A stretch of DNA of 63,897 nucleotides, filler included, from Vicugna vicugna (Eukaryota), in NCBI GenBank assembly GCA_013265495.1. It is 77 parts of 76 records of this genome, joined end to end, with 100 filler letters (N's around TTAATTAATTAA, not from the genome) between each part and the next. Parts side by side here need not be neighbours in the genome. Positions count along the whole stretch, not along the records: positions 24,928 to 25,855 come from PNXW01027263.1; positions 25,956 to 26,790 come from MU063044.1; positions 26,891 to 27,947 come from MU063045.1; positions 28,048 to 28,823 come from PNXW01027272.1; positions 28,924 to 29,892 come from MU063047.1; positions 29,993 to 30,850 come from MU063052.1; positions 30,951 to 31,392 come from PNXW01027359.1; positions 31,493 to 33,067 come from MU063055.1; 69 more parts are not named here. One strand, written 5' to 3'. Each line of letters begins with the position of its first letter. The first letter of the stretch is position 1. Shown piece after piece: positions 24,928 through 37,721 of the stretch. The notes beneath the pieces were generated by a model, which made no database searches, was not told the origin of the DNA, and saw nothing but the letters and a program-made list of their open reading frames with translations. Both the position numbers and the translations under genes were made by a program.

Positions 24928-25855
24928 CCAACCCAATGAGAATGCTTCCGGAATCCTGAGCGTGTGGAGGTATCTCCAACGATGTTAGCGCATGTGCTCA
25001 AAGGGAATGCCTGTGCTCGTCTCCCCTCAGGTTTTTCCTCATGTTTTCTGTGCCAGGGAATTCTAGGGGCGTTTCCGGAAATCCCAGTGACAGAGGCTGC
25101 CTCCCCAAGGTCAGGGAAGGTATTTCTCGGACTTCCCCGAACAGGGAACACCTGTGACTGAAGAAAGCTGCGTGGAGTTTTCTCTCGAGCTCCCCCACGC
25201 ACTGAGAATTTTTCCGGAATCCAGAGCGTGGTTAGGTTCCACCAACGGTCGGCAGCGCGTGGGTTGTAACTAAAAGACTAAGCTCGTCTCCCCTGAGTGT
25301 TTTCCTAATGTCTCTGTGCCAGGGAATGCTAGGGGGGTTTGCAGGATATCCCAGTGACAGAGGCTGCCTCCACACTGTCAGGGAAGTTATTTCTCGGACT
25401 TCCCCGAACAGGGAACACCTGTGTCTGAAGAGAGCTGCATGGAGTTGTCTCTCGAGTTCCCCCACGCATTGAAAATGGTTCCGGAATCCTGAGCGTGGGG
25501 AGGTTCCACCAACGGTCGGCAGCGCGTGGGTTCTAACGGAAAGACTAAGCTCGTTTCCCCGGAGGGTTTTCCTAATGTCTCTGTGCCAGGGAATGCTAGG
25601 GGGGTTTGCAGGATATCCCAGTGACAGAGGCTGCCTCCCCAAGGTCAGGGAAGGTATTTCCCGGACATCCCCGAGCAGGGAAACAAAGAGAGCTGCGTGG
25701 AGTTTTCTCTCGTGCTCCCCACTCAATGACAATGGTTCCGGAATCCTGAGCGTGGGGAGGTTCCACCAACGGTCGGCAGCGCGTGGGTTCTATGGGAATG
25801 CGTGTGCTCATCTACCCTGAGGGTTTTCATTTTGTCTCTGTGCCAGGGAATGCTA
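24928..25855 (-). repeat. Sat-A, ~3.5 contiguous monomers
   Basis: ggaatcc.gag at 24950, 25216, 25483 and 25740 (266, 267, 257 bp; the last monomer has a ~10-bp deletion). Confidence 0.96.
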
Positions 25856-26890
25856 NNNNNNNNNNNNNNNNNNNNNNNNNNNNNNNNNNNNNNNNNNNNT
25901 TAATTAATTAANNNNNNNNNNNNNNNNNNNNNNNNNNNNNNNNNNNNNNNNNNNNCAGAGCTGCAGGAGTGCAAGCTCAGCAGTAGGGTGGCCCCAGGGC
26001 TCTTTCCCCTGGGCGGGGTGTGGGTAGGAATGCACTGAGGAAGCTCCCCTGACCTAGGCTCCTCCTCAGAAGAGAGCTGGCCAAACACCCATCTGCGCTG
26101 CTGGAGGCTCATCCTCCCCCCAAGGCTGTCTGCACGTCTGTGCACAGTTACACCAGGGCCCCTGCGACAGCCTGGATGCAGCCAGGGCCCAGCTTGAGGT
26201 CACAGAATTGGGTTCATACCTGCTCCGCCTTCTTACCAGCTGTGATTCTGAGCAAGGCCTCTCTCAGGGTCTTNNNNNNNNNNNNNNNNNNNNNNNNNNN
26301 NNNNNNNNNNNNNNNNNNNNNNNNNNNNNNNNNNNNNNNNNNNNNNNNNNNNNNNNNNNNNNNNNNNNNNNNNNNNNNNNNNNNNNNNNNNNNNNNNNNN
26401 NNNNNNNNNNNNNNNNNNNNNNNNNNNNNNNNNNNNNNNNNNNNNNNNNNNNNNNNNNNNNACAATCCACGTTCCTTGGAGCAGCTCCATCAGCCACTGA
26501 ATTTCCGTCAAACCTGAAACCTATCCCTCCGGTAGAAGCTCCAGGATGGGAGGCCTCCTTCACAGAAAAATGGGAGTGTGACTCAGCGCACTGTTGTGCC
26601 ATGCCCTAGGGGAGGTAGCCTGGCAGTGACCAGGTTCTGATGCCATAGATCCTGTGGGGCTCAGGAATGCAGCCCCGCCCTGCTCCAGGGCTAGGTTACC
26701 AAGTGGTGTCACCGCTGACTGTCACAGAAACGAGAGCACCAGCCGTAAAAACCAGGACATTCGGCACATGTAATGCACCCCTTGGGGAGANNNNNNNNNN
26801 NNNNNNNNNNNNNNNNNNNNNNNNNNNNNNNNNNTTAATTAATTAANNNNNNNNNNNNNNNNNNNNNNNNNNNNNNNNNNNNNNNNNNNN

Positions 26891-27947
26891 AGCTTGTATT
26901 CCCTGAGTGTTTCCCTAGACCGGGCTGCGAGCGAATGCTGGGGGCTGTGATTGGAGGCCAAGTAGCAGCTTGTGCCAACCGATTGACTGAGGAATTACTT
27001 AGGGAACTCCCCTACCGGGGAACACCTGTGTCACCATTCTTCTGCGTGGATTGGGGCTGCACACCTCCCCTACACACAAGAGTGTCTCCGGAGTCTTGAG
27101 TGTTGGGAAGTTCCTCCATGTGACAGCAGCATCTAGGTTCAATACAATCCCTTAGCTTGTCTTCCGTGATGGCTTGCCCTGCCAGGAGTGCGGGAGAAAT
27201 TGGAGGTTGGGCTCTNNNNNNNNNNNNNNNNNNNNNNNNNNNNNNNNNNNNNNTGTTTAACCTACATCCTCCAACCTAGGAATACCTGTGCCCCAGGAAA
27301 AATGCGTGGACTCTGTTTCCACACCACCAGGACACGTGCGAAGAATTGTTCTAGTTTCCTGAGTGTGGGGAGGCTCCTCCAAATAACAGCAGGACCAGGG
27401 ATCTAGTAGAATCCCTTAGCTTGACTTCCTTGAGTGTTCTCCCAGGCCGGGATTTGAGCGAAGGTGGGGGTTGGGCTGTAAAGCCAAGTAATATCCATTG
27501 CCTCTCTACGGGCAGTGAAGGTGTTTTAACTACATCATCTAACTAGGAATAACTGTGCCCCCATAAAGATGCATGGACTCTGTTTCCCCACTTCCAACAC
27601 ACACACAAAGACGTGCTCAGGTATCCTGAGTTTGGGCCGGCACTTTCAAGTGACAGCAGCGCCTGGGTTCTAATAGTATCCTTTAGCTTGTAATACCTGA
27701 TTTGTTCCCTAGGCCTGGCTCTGAGGTAAAGCTGNNNNNNNNNNNNNNNNNNNNNNNNNNNNNNNNNNNNNNNNNNNNNNNNNNNNNNNNNNNNNNNNNN
27801 NNNNNNNNNNNNNNNNNNNNNNNNNNNNNNNNNNNNNNNNNNNNNNNNNNNNNNNNNNNNNNNCTACCGGAATAGTGGGAAAGTTCCTCCAACTTACATC
27901 AGTTCCAGTGTTCTAGTAGAATCCTTAAGCTTCTCTTCCCTGATGGA
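26891..27947. repeat. Sat-D, ~4 diverged monomers
   Basis: The landmark tgag ends at 27100, 27363 and 27630 (spacing 263 across a small gap, then 267). Confidence 0.9.
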
Positions 27948-28047
27948 NNNNNNNNNNNNNNNNNNNNNNNNNNNNNNNNNNNNNNNNNNNNTTAATTAAT
28001 TAANNNNNNNNNNNNNNNNNNNNNNNNNNNNNNNNNNNNNNNNNNNN

Positions 28048-28823
28048 CAAACTACATTCCTGACAACAGTGTAGGAGGGTTCCATTTCTCCAGAGCTTCC
28101 CAAGCATTTATTGTCTGTAGACTTTTGAATGATGGCCATTATGACTATTCAGAGGTGATACTTCATTATGGTTTTGAATTGCCATTCTCTGATAATGAAA
28201 GTGAGCAATTATTTTTCCATATATCTGTGTGGCATTTGTATGTCTCTAATGGAGAATTGCTTGTTTAGGGCTTCTGCCCATTTTCAGATTATATTATTAT
28301 TAGGTTGTATGAAGTCTTTAAATATGGAAATTTAGCCTTTGTCAGTTTCATCAATTCTAAACATTTTCTTAAATCCTGTTGGTTGTCATTTTGCTTTGTT
28401 TATGGTTCCCTCTGCTGTGCAAAAGCTTATAAGTTTAATTAGGTCCCATTTATTAATTTTGCTCTTACACCATTACCTGGGTATGCTGTTCTTGGAGATT
28501 ATTGCTGCGATTTATCTCAGAGTGCTTTGTGTATGTTTTCTTCTAGATTTACTGTGTATTGCCTTACATTTAAGTCTTCAAGTCACTTTGAGTTTATTCT
28601 TGTGTATGGAGTGAAGGAGTGTTCTAACTCCATAGCCCTGATGCTGCTATCCAGTTTTCCCAACACCAGTTGGTGAAGAGATGGTCTTTTCTCTGTCATA
28701 TTCTTGGCTACTCTGTAAAATATTAATCGAACATAGGCCTGTAGATTTATTCCAAGGCTCTTTATTCAGTTCCATTGGTCCATATGCCTGTTTCTGTACA
28801 AATATCATGACGTTTTGATTATT
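28048..28823 (-). mobile_element. LINE-1 ORF2 fragment
   Basis: Antisense ORF2 (gctgtgcaaaagcttataagtttaattaggtcccattt; ccagttttcccaacaccag). Confidence 0.9.
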
Positions 28824-29992
28824 NNNNNNNNNNNNNNNNNNNNNNNNNNNNNNNNNNNNNNNNNNNNTTAATTAATTAANNNNNNNNNNNNNNNNNNNNN
28901 NNNNNNNNNNNNNNNNNNNNNNNGGAGCCAGGTATTTTCACCCAACTCCTCTTTGTCAATGGCAGAGCATCCCAAACTACTGACTGCCCCCTGCCCATTT
29001 CTCACTAAGAGCACTGGGCAGACTGTGGGAGCTCCTGAGACTTAGGAGAGAGCTGCTGCCCTCAGCCCCCCTTAGAGTTTGCCTGGAATTGGGGCTCCTG
29101 GGGGAAGCGGGCAGGGCTGGGGCCCAAAGCCTGGATGAGTATGGGGCCCTCTCACTGGACTCTGGTGGCCACTCCAGGCACCTCATCCCTTCCTCACTGT
29201 CAGCAGTTGGCCACTTCACGGGGACAGATATGAGGGTCTCCCTGACTCGAGACTGGCAGGCCCCATGTGCTCAGTATTTCTTGATTGAGTGAACACAACC
29301 ACCCCCCATATCTAGACACCAAGTCTTCCCACCACCCCAAAAGGGTTTCTCAGGCCCCCTCACAGCCAGTACTGCCCCAAAGCACAACTTTGCTTCTGTC
29401 CCACCCAGGTAGTTTCTGCCTCCTTGAACCTGGGTGTAAGTGAATCACCCAAGTGCAGTGTAGGGGGGGTGACAATATAAAATTATTTTTTATAGTTTTA
29501 TATATTTTTGGCAAAAATCATAGGGCTTATTTTTNNNNNNNNNNNNNNNNNNNNNNNNNNNNNNNNNNNNNNNNNNNNNNNNNNNNNNNNNNNNNNNNNN
29601 NNNNNNNNNNNNNGATGTGATTAGATGGTGTGCTGTTAAGTTCTTCTCAGTCTTGTGGACGTTCTCTCTGCATTTTGTGTGCAGTGCTGAGTGAAGGGGA
29701 GTGAGGACCTCCCACCCTGCCTGTATATTTGATTCCTCTTGGTTCTGTCATTGTCTACCTAATGTTTTTCAGCCACTGCCTAAGGGAAATCCTGGGAATT
29801 TGGAAAAGGAGGAGGGAGCACCCCAAAAGTAGGGGGCAGGGGATGTCAGTTGGGCAGGACCAGAAAGCATAAGGTCAGAAAAGTTTGCAGAGNNNNNNNN
29901 NNNNNNNNNNNNNNNNNNNNNNNNNNNNNNNNNNNNTTAATTAATTAANNNNNNNNNNNNNNNNNNNNNNNNNNNNNNNNNNNNNNNNNNNN

Positions 29993-30850
29993 TTAGGCTT
30001 TCCGTTTGAACCCACGTGCTGACGACCGTTGGTGGAAATTCCACATGCTCAGGATTCCAGAAACATTGTCAGTGCGTGGGGGAGCTCGAGAGACAACTCC
30101 ACGCAGCTCTCTTCAGTCACAGGTGTTCCCTGTTCGGGGAAGTCCGAGAAATAACTTCCCTGACCTTGGGGAGGCAGCCTCTGTCACTGGGATATCCTGC
30201 AAACCCCCCTAGCATTCCCTGGCACAGAGACATTAGGAAAATCCTCAGGGGAGAGGAGCTTAGGCTTTCCGTTTGAACCCACGTGCTGACGACCGTTGGT
30301 GGAAATTCCACATGCTCAGGATTCCAGAAACATTGTCAGTGCGTGGGGGAGCTCGAGAGACAACTCCACGCAGCTCTCTTAAATCACAGGTGTTTCTTGT
30401 TCGGTGAAGTCCGAGAAATAACTTCCCTGATCTTGGGGAGTCAGCCTCTGTCACTGGGATATCCTGCAAACCCCCCTAGCATTCCCTGGCACAGAGAGAT
30501 TAGGAAAACCCTCAGGGGAGACGAGCTTAGGCTTTNNNNNNNNNNNNNNNNNNNNNNNNNNNNNNNNNNNNNNNNNNNNNNNNNNNNNNNNNNNNNNNNN
30601 NNNNNNNNNNNNNNNNNNNNNNNNNNNNNNNNNNNNNNNNNNNNNNNNNNNNNNNNNNGGGGAAGTCCCAGAAATACCTTCCCTGACCTTGGGGAGGAAG
30701 CCTCTGTCACTGGGATATCCAGCAAACCCCCCTAGCATTCCCTGGCACAGAGACATTAGGAAAACCATCAGGGGAAACGAGCTTAGGCTTTCCATTAGAA
30801 CCCATGCCCTGCCGACCGTTGGTGGAACCTCCCACGCTCAGGATTCCGGA
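29993..30850 (+). repeat. Sat-A 267-bp satellite
   Basis: gaacccacgtgctgacgacc at 30008 and 30275 (exactly 267 bp); adjacent monomers are near-identical. Confidence 0.96.
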
Positions 30851-30994
30851 NNNNNNNNNNNNNNNNNNNNNNNNNNNNNNNNNNNNNNNNNNNNTTAATT
30901 AATTAANNNNNNNNNNNNNNNNNNNNNNNNNNNNNNNNNNNNNNNNNNNNAGCAGAGTGTGGGGAGGAGATAGTGGTTAAGTGGTGGTTCAAGA

Positions 30995-31392
30995 ATTGGT
31001 GTATACCATCAACAAATGACTGGATAAAGAAATTGTGGTATATTTATACAATGGAATACTATGTAGTCATAAAAAGAATAAAATGCCATTTGCAGCAACA
31101 TGGTTGGACCTGGAGATCATCATTCTAAGTAAAGTAAGCCAGAAAGAGAAAGAAAATTATCATATGATATCACTTATATGTAGAATCTTAAAAAAAAAAG
31201 ACAAATGAACTTATTTACAAAACAGAAACAGACTCACAGACATAGAAAACAAACTTATGGCTACCTGGGGGGAAGAGGAGTGGGAAGGGAAAGGCTACCT
31301 GAAGAGGAGTGGGAAGGGATAAATTGGGAGTTTTGAGATTTGCAGACACTAACTACTATGTATGAGATAGATAAACAACAAGTTTCTACTGT
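30995..31392 (+). mobile_element. LINE-1 3' end
   Basis: tggataaagaaattgtggtatatttatacaatggaatact...acagaaacagactcacagacatagaaaac. Confidence 0.9.
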
Positions 31393-33167
31393 NNNNNNNN
31401 NNNNNNNNNNNNNNNNNNNNNNNNNNNNNNNNNNNNTTAATTAATTAANNNNNNNNNNNNNNNNNNNNNNNNNNNNNNNNNNNNNNNNNNNNCCAATTTA
31501 CATTCCCTCCAACCGAGTAGGAGGGTTCCTTTTTCTCATAAAAGTTCAAAAATTCTCTACATTTATATACTTTCCTTGCAGTTTAGGACACAATTTGGCA
31601 AAATCCAGATAGAATTTAATAGGAGTAAATACAGTATTTTTTTAAATGTCCATGCATTATGGATAGATAGGTTATTGATGAGTTAGTTCCCTAATTTTGT
31701 AGATGCAGAAGTTTTTATAGCTTCACAGACATATCAGTCTTGCAGAGAGAAAAATTTCTTTGCATTTTGCTGAACATGTCCGGGTGGCTTTATCGAATTT
31801 GGTCCAGGCATCCAGAGGTGAATACACATCCAAACCTGAACCATTTGAATATATGCAAGATTTTAAGAGTCTAGAATGTCAGATCTGGAGTGTAACTCTG
31901 GTAAATGACATCAGTGTGTGGTCTCAAGAAAACTCCATTTGAGTGCAAAACTTCTCATAAGCCAAAAAAGGCTTTGAAACTGTGGCAAAGCCAGAGACTT
32001 TTGTGTGCCATATATGGCCACAAACCCATGGGGACAATCACAGGCCTTCTGGATTGCCAAGGGAAATCCATGTGAGGAGTCCAGCACTCACGGGAATCCA
32101 ATAAGTCCCTGCCAGCCAGAGCACCTTCATTGCTGCTGTACTGTTTTGAGCAAATGTCTTTTCATCAGGTTCAAATTGGTTTGTTGTTACTTTTTGCATA
32201 AAAAAACAAACAACTTCTTGTTCCCTTGGTGAAAGTAAAAGCCTAACATTTTCTGATTTCTTNNNNNNNNNNNNNNNNNNNNNNNNNNNNNNNNNNNNNN
32301 NNNNNNNNNNNNNNNNNNNNNNNNNNNNNNNNNNNNNNNNNNNNNNNNNNNNNNNNNNNNNNNNNNNNNNNNNNNNNNNNNNNNNNNNNNNNNNNNNNNN
32401 NNNNNNNNNNNNNNNNNNNNNNNNNNNNNNNNNNNNNNNNNNNNNNNNNNNNNNNNNNNNNNNNNNNNNNNNNNNNNNNNNNNNNNNNNNNNNNNNNNNN
32501 NNNNNNNNNNNNNNNNNNNNNNNNNNNNNNNNNNNNNNNNNNNNNNNNNNNNNNNNNNNNNNNNNNNNNNNNNNNNNNNNNNNNNNNNNNNNNNNNNNNN
32601 NNNNNNNNNNNNNNNNNNNNNNNNNNNNNNNNNNNNNNNNNNNNNNNNNNNNNNNNNNNNNNNNNNNNNNNNNNNNNNNNNNNNNNNNNNNNNNNNNNNN
32701 NNNNNNNNNNNNNNNNNNNNNNNNNNNNNNNNNNNNNNNNNNNNNNNNNNNNNNNNNNNNNNNNNNNNNNNNNNNNNNNNNNNNNNNNNNNNNNNNNNNN
32801 NNNNNNNNNNNNNNNNNNNNNNNNNNNNNNNNNNNNNNNNNNNNNNNNNNNNNNNNNNNNNNNNNNNNNNNNNNNNNNNNNNNNNNNNNNNNNNNNNNNN
32901 NNNNNNNNNNNNNNNNNNNNNNNNNNNNNNNNNNNNNNNNNNNNNNNNNNNNTCATCTAAAAGTTATTTTATGATTGAAATGTAAGGATTTTAAGTAACT
33001 TTCAGTAACTTCAACAGAGAAATTATCTTTAAGGCAAAAATATATGATGGTTTGCAAACCTATTTTTNNNNNNNNNNNNNNNNNNNNNNNNNNNNNNNNN
33101 NNNNNNNNNNNTTAATTAATTAANNNNNNNNNNNNNNNNNNNNNNNNNNNNNNNNNNNNNNNNNNNN

Positions 33168-33310
33168 AGTCAACTCACAAGAAAGGAGCCAGGAACCTGC
33201 ACCAGGAAAAGGTGCTGTGGAATCAATGAACGGTGCTGTGGAAACTGGACACCACACACCAGAGAAGGACACGGCACTCTCTCTGCACCACACACAAAAC
33301 CTGACTAAAA
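33168..33310 (+). mobile_element. Old LINE-1 ORF2 fragment
   Basis: caatgaacggtgctgtggaaactggac...caccacacacaaaa resembles the L1 ORF2 'NKWCWENW' region. Confidence 0.55.
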
Positions 33311-33989
33311 CCCACAGCTTCACAGATCCAGCCCTTCCTCTCCCAGGGCCTCTGAGGAGGGCTTCCCCTCAGCCGTCAGCCCCTCACGGGAAGCTTCTCC
33401 TTACTTTCCCTCACTTTTCCTTCCTCCTCACCTTCCCTCAGTGCAGCACCTCCTTGTGGGTCCTGAGGAGACTGGGCTCCAGTCAGCGTGGACATAACCC
33501 CCTGTTGTCCCGAAGCCCCGGCAGATCCACAGTCAGCTGCGCAGGACGCCAAATCAAACGCAGGTGAGTTTCCGCCGCAGCTGGGGGAGGCGGGCTCCAG
33601 GCCCAGCCAGCCAATGGGAAAGTGCCGGCCCAGCCGCCCTCACAGCCAGTGGTGGCCCCGCCCCGACAGCGGCTCTGCTCAATCCTTTAAATTGGAAATT
33701 CAAACTGAAATGGAGCCAAATATCCGTAACTTCTCCAAATACTTAAGAAACAATCAATTGGAAGCCATATGGAANNNNNNNNNNNNNNNNNNNNNNNNNN
33801 NNNNNNNNNNNNNNNNNNTTAATTAATTAANNNNNNNNNNNNNNNNNNNNNNNNNNNNNNNNNNNNNNNNNNNNAATGTTTTGCTTGAGCATATTCTTTG
33901 GTGTCTGAGATAGTGAAAGTTTTTTGTCAAAGAGATATGTTTGCCATCCTTTATAATACTGTTGAAAATTATGTTGACAGAGGATCTTT

Positions 33990-34572
33990 GTTTTATTTAA
34001 TTTTTCCATTTTTTATTGAAGCATAGTTGATTTACAATGTTATGTTAGTTTCTGNNNNNNNNNNNNNNNNNNNNNNNNNNNNNNNNNNNNNNNNNNNNNN
34101 NNNNNNNNNNNNNNNNNNNNNNNNNNNNNNNCAATAAGCCATTGAGTTCCCTGTGCTGTCCAGTAGGACTTTGTTGTTTCTCTATTCTGTACATAATAGT
34201 TTGTGTCTGTCAATCCCAATTTTCCAACTTAATCCTCTCACCAGCTCCTTCACTTCCCTTCCCTTCCTTTCCTGGTAACCATGTTTGTTTTCTGTATCTG
34301 TGAGTCTCTGTTTTATAGATAACTTTGTATCATTTTTAAGGGTCCACATAATAAGTGATATCATATAATATTTGTCTTTTTCTGACAGACTTACTTCACT
34401 TAGTGTGATAATCTCTAGGTCCATCCATGTTGCTGCAAATGGCATTATTTCATTCTTTTTTATGGCTGAGTAGTATTTCTCTCTTGTGCTCTCTCTCTCT
34501 ATCTCTCTCTCTCTCCATGAGATATACATATATCACTTCTTCTTTATCCAGTCATCTGTTGATGCCCATTTA
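33990..34572 (-). mobile_element. LINE-1 3' end with a (CT)n insertion
   Basis: Minus-strand translation KYYSAIKKNEIMPFAATWMDLEIITLSEVS is the L1 ORF2 C-terminus. A CT microsatellite lies at ~34478-34517. Confidence 0.92.
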
Positions 34573-34672
34573 NNNNNNNNNNNNNNNNNNNNNNNNNNNN
34601 NNNNNNNNNNNNNNNNTTAATTAATTAANNNNNNNNNNNNNNNNNNNNNNNNNNNNNNNNNNNNNNNNNNNN

Positions 34673-36101
34673 TGTTCGGGGAAGTCCGGGAAATACCTTC
34701 CATGACTTTGGGGGGCAGTCTCGGTCACCGGGATATCCTGGATTCACCCCTAGCATTCCCTGTCACAGAGACATTAGGAAAACCCTCAGGGGAGACGAGC
34801 TTAGGCATTCCGTTAGAACCCACGCGCTGCCGACCGTTGGTGGAACCTCCCCACGCTNNNNNNNNNNNNNNNNNNNNNNNNNNNNNNNNNNNNNNNNNNN
34901 NNNNNNNNNNNNNNNNNNNNNNNNNNNNNNNNNNNNNNNNNNNNNNNNNNNNNNNNNNNNNNNNNNNNNNNNNNNNNNNNNNNNNNNNNNNNNNNNNNNN
35001 NNNNNNNNNNNNNNNNNNNNNNNNNNNNNNNNNNNNNNNNNNNNNNNNNNNNNNNNNNNNNNNNNNNNNNNNNNNNNNNNNNNNNNNNNNNNNNNNNNNN
35101 NNNNNNNNNNNNNNNNNNNNNNNNNNNNNNNNNNNNNNNNNNNNNNNNNNNNNNNNNNNNNNNNNNNNNNNNNNNNNNNNNNNNNNNNNNNNNNNNNNNN
35201 NNNNNNNNNNNNNNNNNNNNNNNNNNNNNNNNNNNNNNNNNNNNNNNNNNNNNNNNNNNNNNNNNNNNNNNNNNNNNNNNNNNNNNNNNNNNNNNNNNNN
35301 NNNNNNNNNNNNNNNNNNNNNNNNNNNNNNNNNNNNNNNNNNNNNNNNNNNNNNNNNNNNNNNNNNNNNNNNNNNNNNNNNNNNNNNNNNNNNNNNNNNN
35401 NNNNNNNNNNNNNNNNNNNNNNNNNNNNNNNNNNNNNNNNNNNNNNNNNNNNNNNNNNNNNNNNNNNNNNNNNNNNNNNNNNNNNNNNNNNNNNNNNNNN
35501 NNNNNNNNNNNNNNNNNNNNNNNNNNNNNNNNNNNNNNNNNNNNNNNNNNNNNNNNNNNNNNNNNNNNNNNNNNNNNNNNNNNNNNNNNNNNNNNNNNNN
35601 NNNNNNNNNNNNNNNNNNNNNNNNNNNNNNNNNNNNNNNNNNNNNNNNNNNNNNNNNNNNNNNNNNNNNNNNNNNNNNNNNNNNNNNNNNNNNNNNNNNN
35701 NNNNNNNNNNNNNNNNNNNNNNNNNNNNNNNNNNNNNNNNNNNNNNNNNNNNNNNNNNNNNNNNNNNNNNNNNNNNNNNNNNNNNNNNNNNNNNNNNNNN
35801 NNNNNNNNNNNNNNNNNNNNNNNNNNNNNNNNNNNNNNNNNNNGTTAGAACCCACGCGCTGCCGACCGTTGGTGGAACATCCCCACTCTCAGGATTCCGG
35901 AACAATTGTCAGTGCGTGGGGGAGCTCGAGAGACAACTCCACGCAGCTCACTTCAGTCACAGGTGTTCCCTGTTCGGGTAAGTCCGGGAAATACCTTCCC
36001 TGAACTTCGGGATTCAGCCTAGGTCACTGGGATATCCTGCAATCACCCATAGCAACCCCTGGCACAGAGACTTTAGGAAAATCCTCAGGGGAGACGAGCT
36101 T
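34673..36101 (+). repeat. Sat-A (large gap)
   Basis: Sat-A motifs at both ends of the scaffold. Confidence 0.95.
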
Positions 36102-36201
36102 NNNNNNNNNNNNNNNNNNNNNNNNNNNNNNNNNNNNNNNNNNNNTTAATTAATTAANNNNNNNNNNNNNNNNNNNNNNNNNNNNNNNNNNNNNNNNNNN
36201 N

Positions 36202-37621
36202 AACTTGTTTGGTGGTTGAAACATCAGTCATGCGAATGTTCACAGCACAAAAATTCAAGTTAGAAGAATCCGTGATGCATGAAACATGTTCGTAATACAG
36301 AAAGCCATGGTTATGTAAACAATGTTAATTACATGTGTATTTGTGAGAATTCGATCAAATAGTGTTTTCTGGTGCCAGATGTCCGATTTTAGAACCCGGT
36401 GATAGAAAAATCTATGAAGTCAGAGTAAATAATTCTAAGTGTATATACGCATTGTTTGGTGGATGAAAGGTCANNNNNNNNNNNNNNNNNNNNNNNNNNN
36501 NNNNNNNNNNNNNNNNNNNNNNNNNNNNNNNNNNNNNNNNNNNNNNNNNNNNNNNNNNNNNNNNNNNNNNNNNNNNNNNNNNNNNNNNNNNNNNNNNNNN
36601 NNNNNNNNNNNNNNNNNNNNNNNNNNNNNNNNNNNNNNNNNNNNNNNNNNNNNNNNNNNNNNNNNNNNNNNNNNNNNNNNNNNNNNNNNNNNNNNNNNNN
36701 NNNNNNNNNNNNNNNNNNNNNNNNNNNNNNNNNNNNNNNNNNNNNNNNNNNNNNNNNNNNNNNNNNNNNNNNNNNNNNNNNNNNNNNNNNNNNCGGAATA
36801 TCAATGGAATCTATTCAAATTACATATCTCTAGGGAAGAATCGCTCCAAGAGGGTTTTTCTGGGATCAAAGTGTGTTTCTTGAAACTGGTGATAGGTAGA
36901 AATTACAAAGTCAAAATAAATAATTCGGAGTGCATAGGTAACTTGTTTGGTGGTTGAAACATCAGTCATGCGCATGTTCACAACTCAGAAATGCATGTTT
37001 GAGGAATCCGTGATGCATGAAACATGCTCGTAATACGGAATTCCATGGTTATGTAAACAATGTAAATTACATGTGTATTGGTGAGAATTCGCTCAAAGAG
37101 GGTTTTCTGGTGCCAAATGTCCGATTTTAGAACCTGGTGATAGGAAAAACCTATGAAGTCAAAGTAAATATTTCTATGTCTAAATACGCCTTGTTCGGAG
37201 GGTGAAAGATATGTAATCCACATGCTCACAAGTCACAAATTCATGATTGCCAAATCCGTCATACATGTAGCATGTACGGAACCCGGAATGCCATGNNNNN
37301 NNNNNNNNNNNNNNNNNNNNNNNNNNNNNNNNNNNNNNNNNNNNNNNNNNNNNNNNNNNNNNNNNNNNNNNNNNNNNNNNNNNNNNNNNNNNNNNNNNNN
37401 NNNNNNNNNNNNNNNNNNNNNNNNNNNNNNNNNNNNNNNNNNNNNNNNNNNNNNNNNNNNNNNNNNNNNNNNNNNNNNNNNNNNNNNNNNNNNNNNNNNN
37501 NNNNNNNNNNNNTACGGAACACATCATGTAGATGGAATCTATTCAAATTAAATATCTCTAGGGAAGAAGTCGCTAAAAGAGGGTTTTTCTGAGATCAAAG
37601 TGTGATTCTTGAATCTGGTGA
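36202..37621 (+). repeat. Sat-C, ~2 higher-order units (gapped)
   Basis: aacttgtttggtggttgaaacatcagtcatg at 36202 and about 36940. Monomer order is the same as in 17883-18762. Confidence 0.94.
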
Positions 37622-37721
37622 NNNNNNNNNNNNNNNNNNNNNNNNNNNNNNNNNNNNNNNNNNNNTTAATTAATTAANNNNNNNNNNNNNNNNNNNNNNN
37701 NNNNNNNNNNNNNNNNNNNNN

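Noticed and set aside
25232..25732. 166-aa ORF and the recurring 'GELERQLHAALFSHRCSLFGEVREI' peptides
   Set aside because: The 267-bp monomer is a multiple of 3 and GC-rich, so open frames arise passively. Other copies have stops and frameshifts, and the peptide has no recognisable domain.
34675..34691. CENP-B-box-like motif in Sat-A (gTTCGgggaAgtcCGGG)
   Set aside because: The spacing is one base too long for NTTCGNNNNANNCGGGN, and most copies read CCGAG. It is not a valid box.
37020..37029. p53 half-site (AAACATGCTC) and dense CATG motifs in Sat-C
   Set aside because: Only isolated half-sites are present, with no properly spaced full response element. The CATG-rich monomer explains them.
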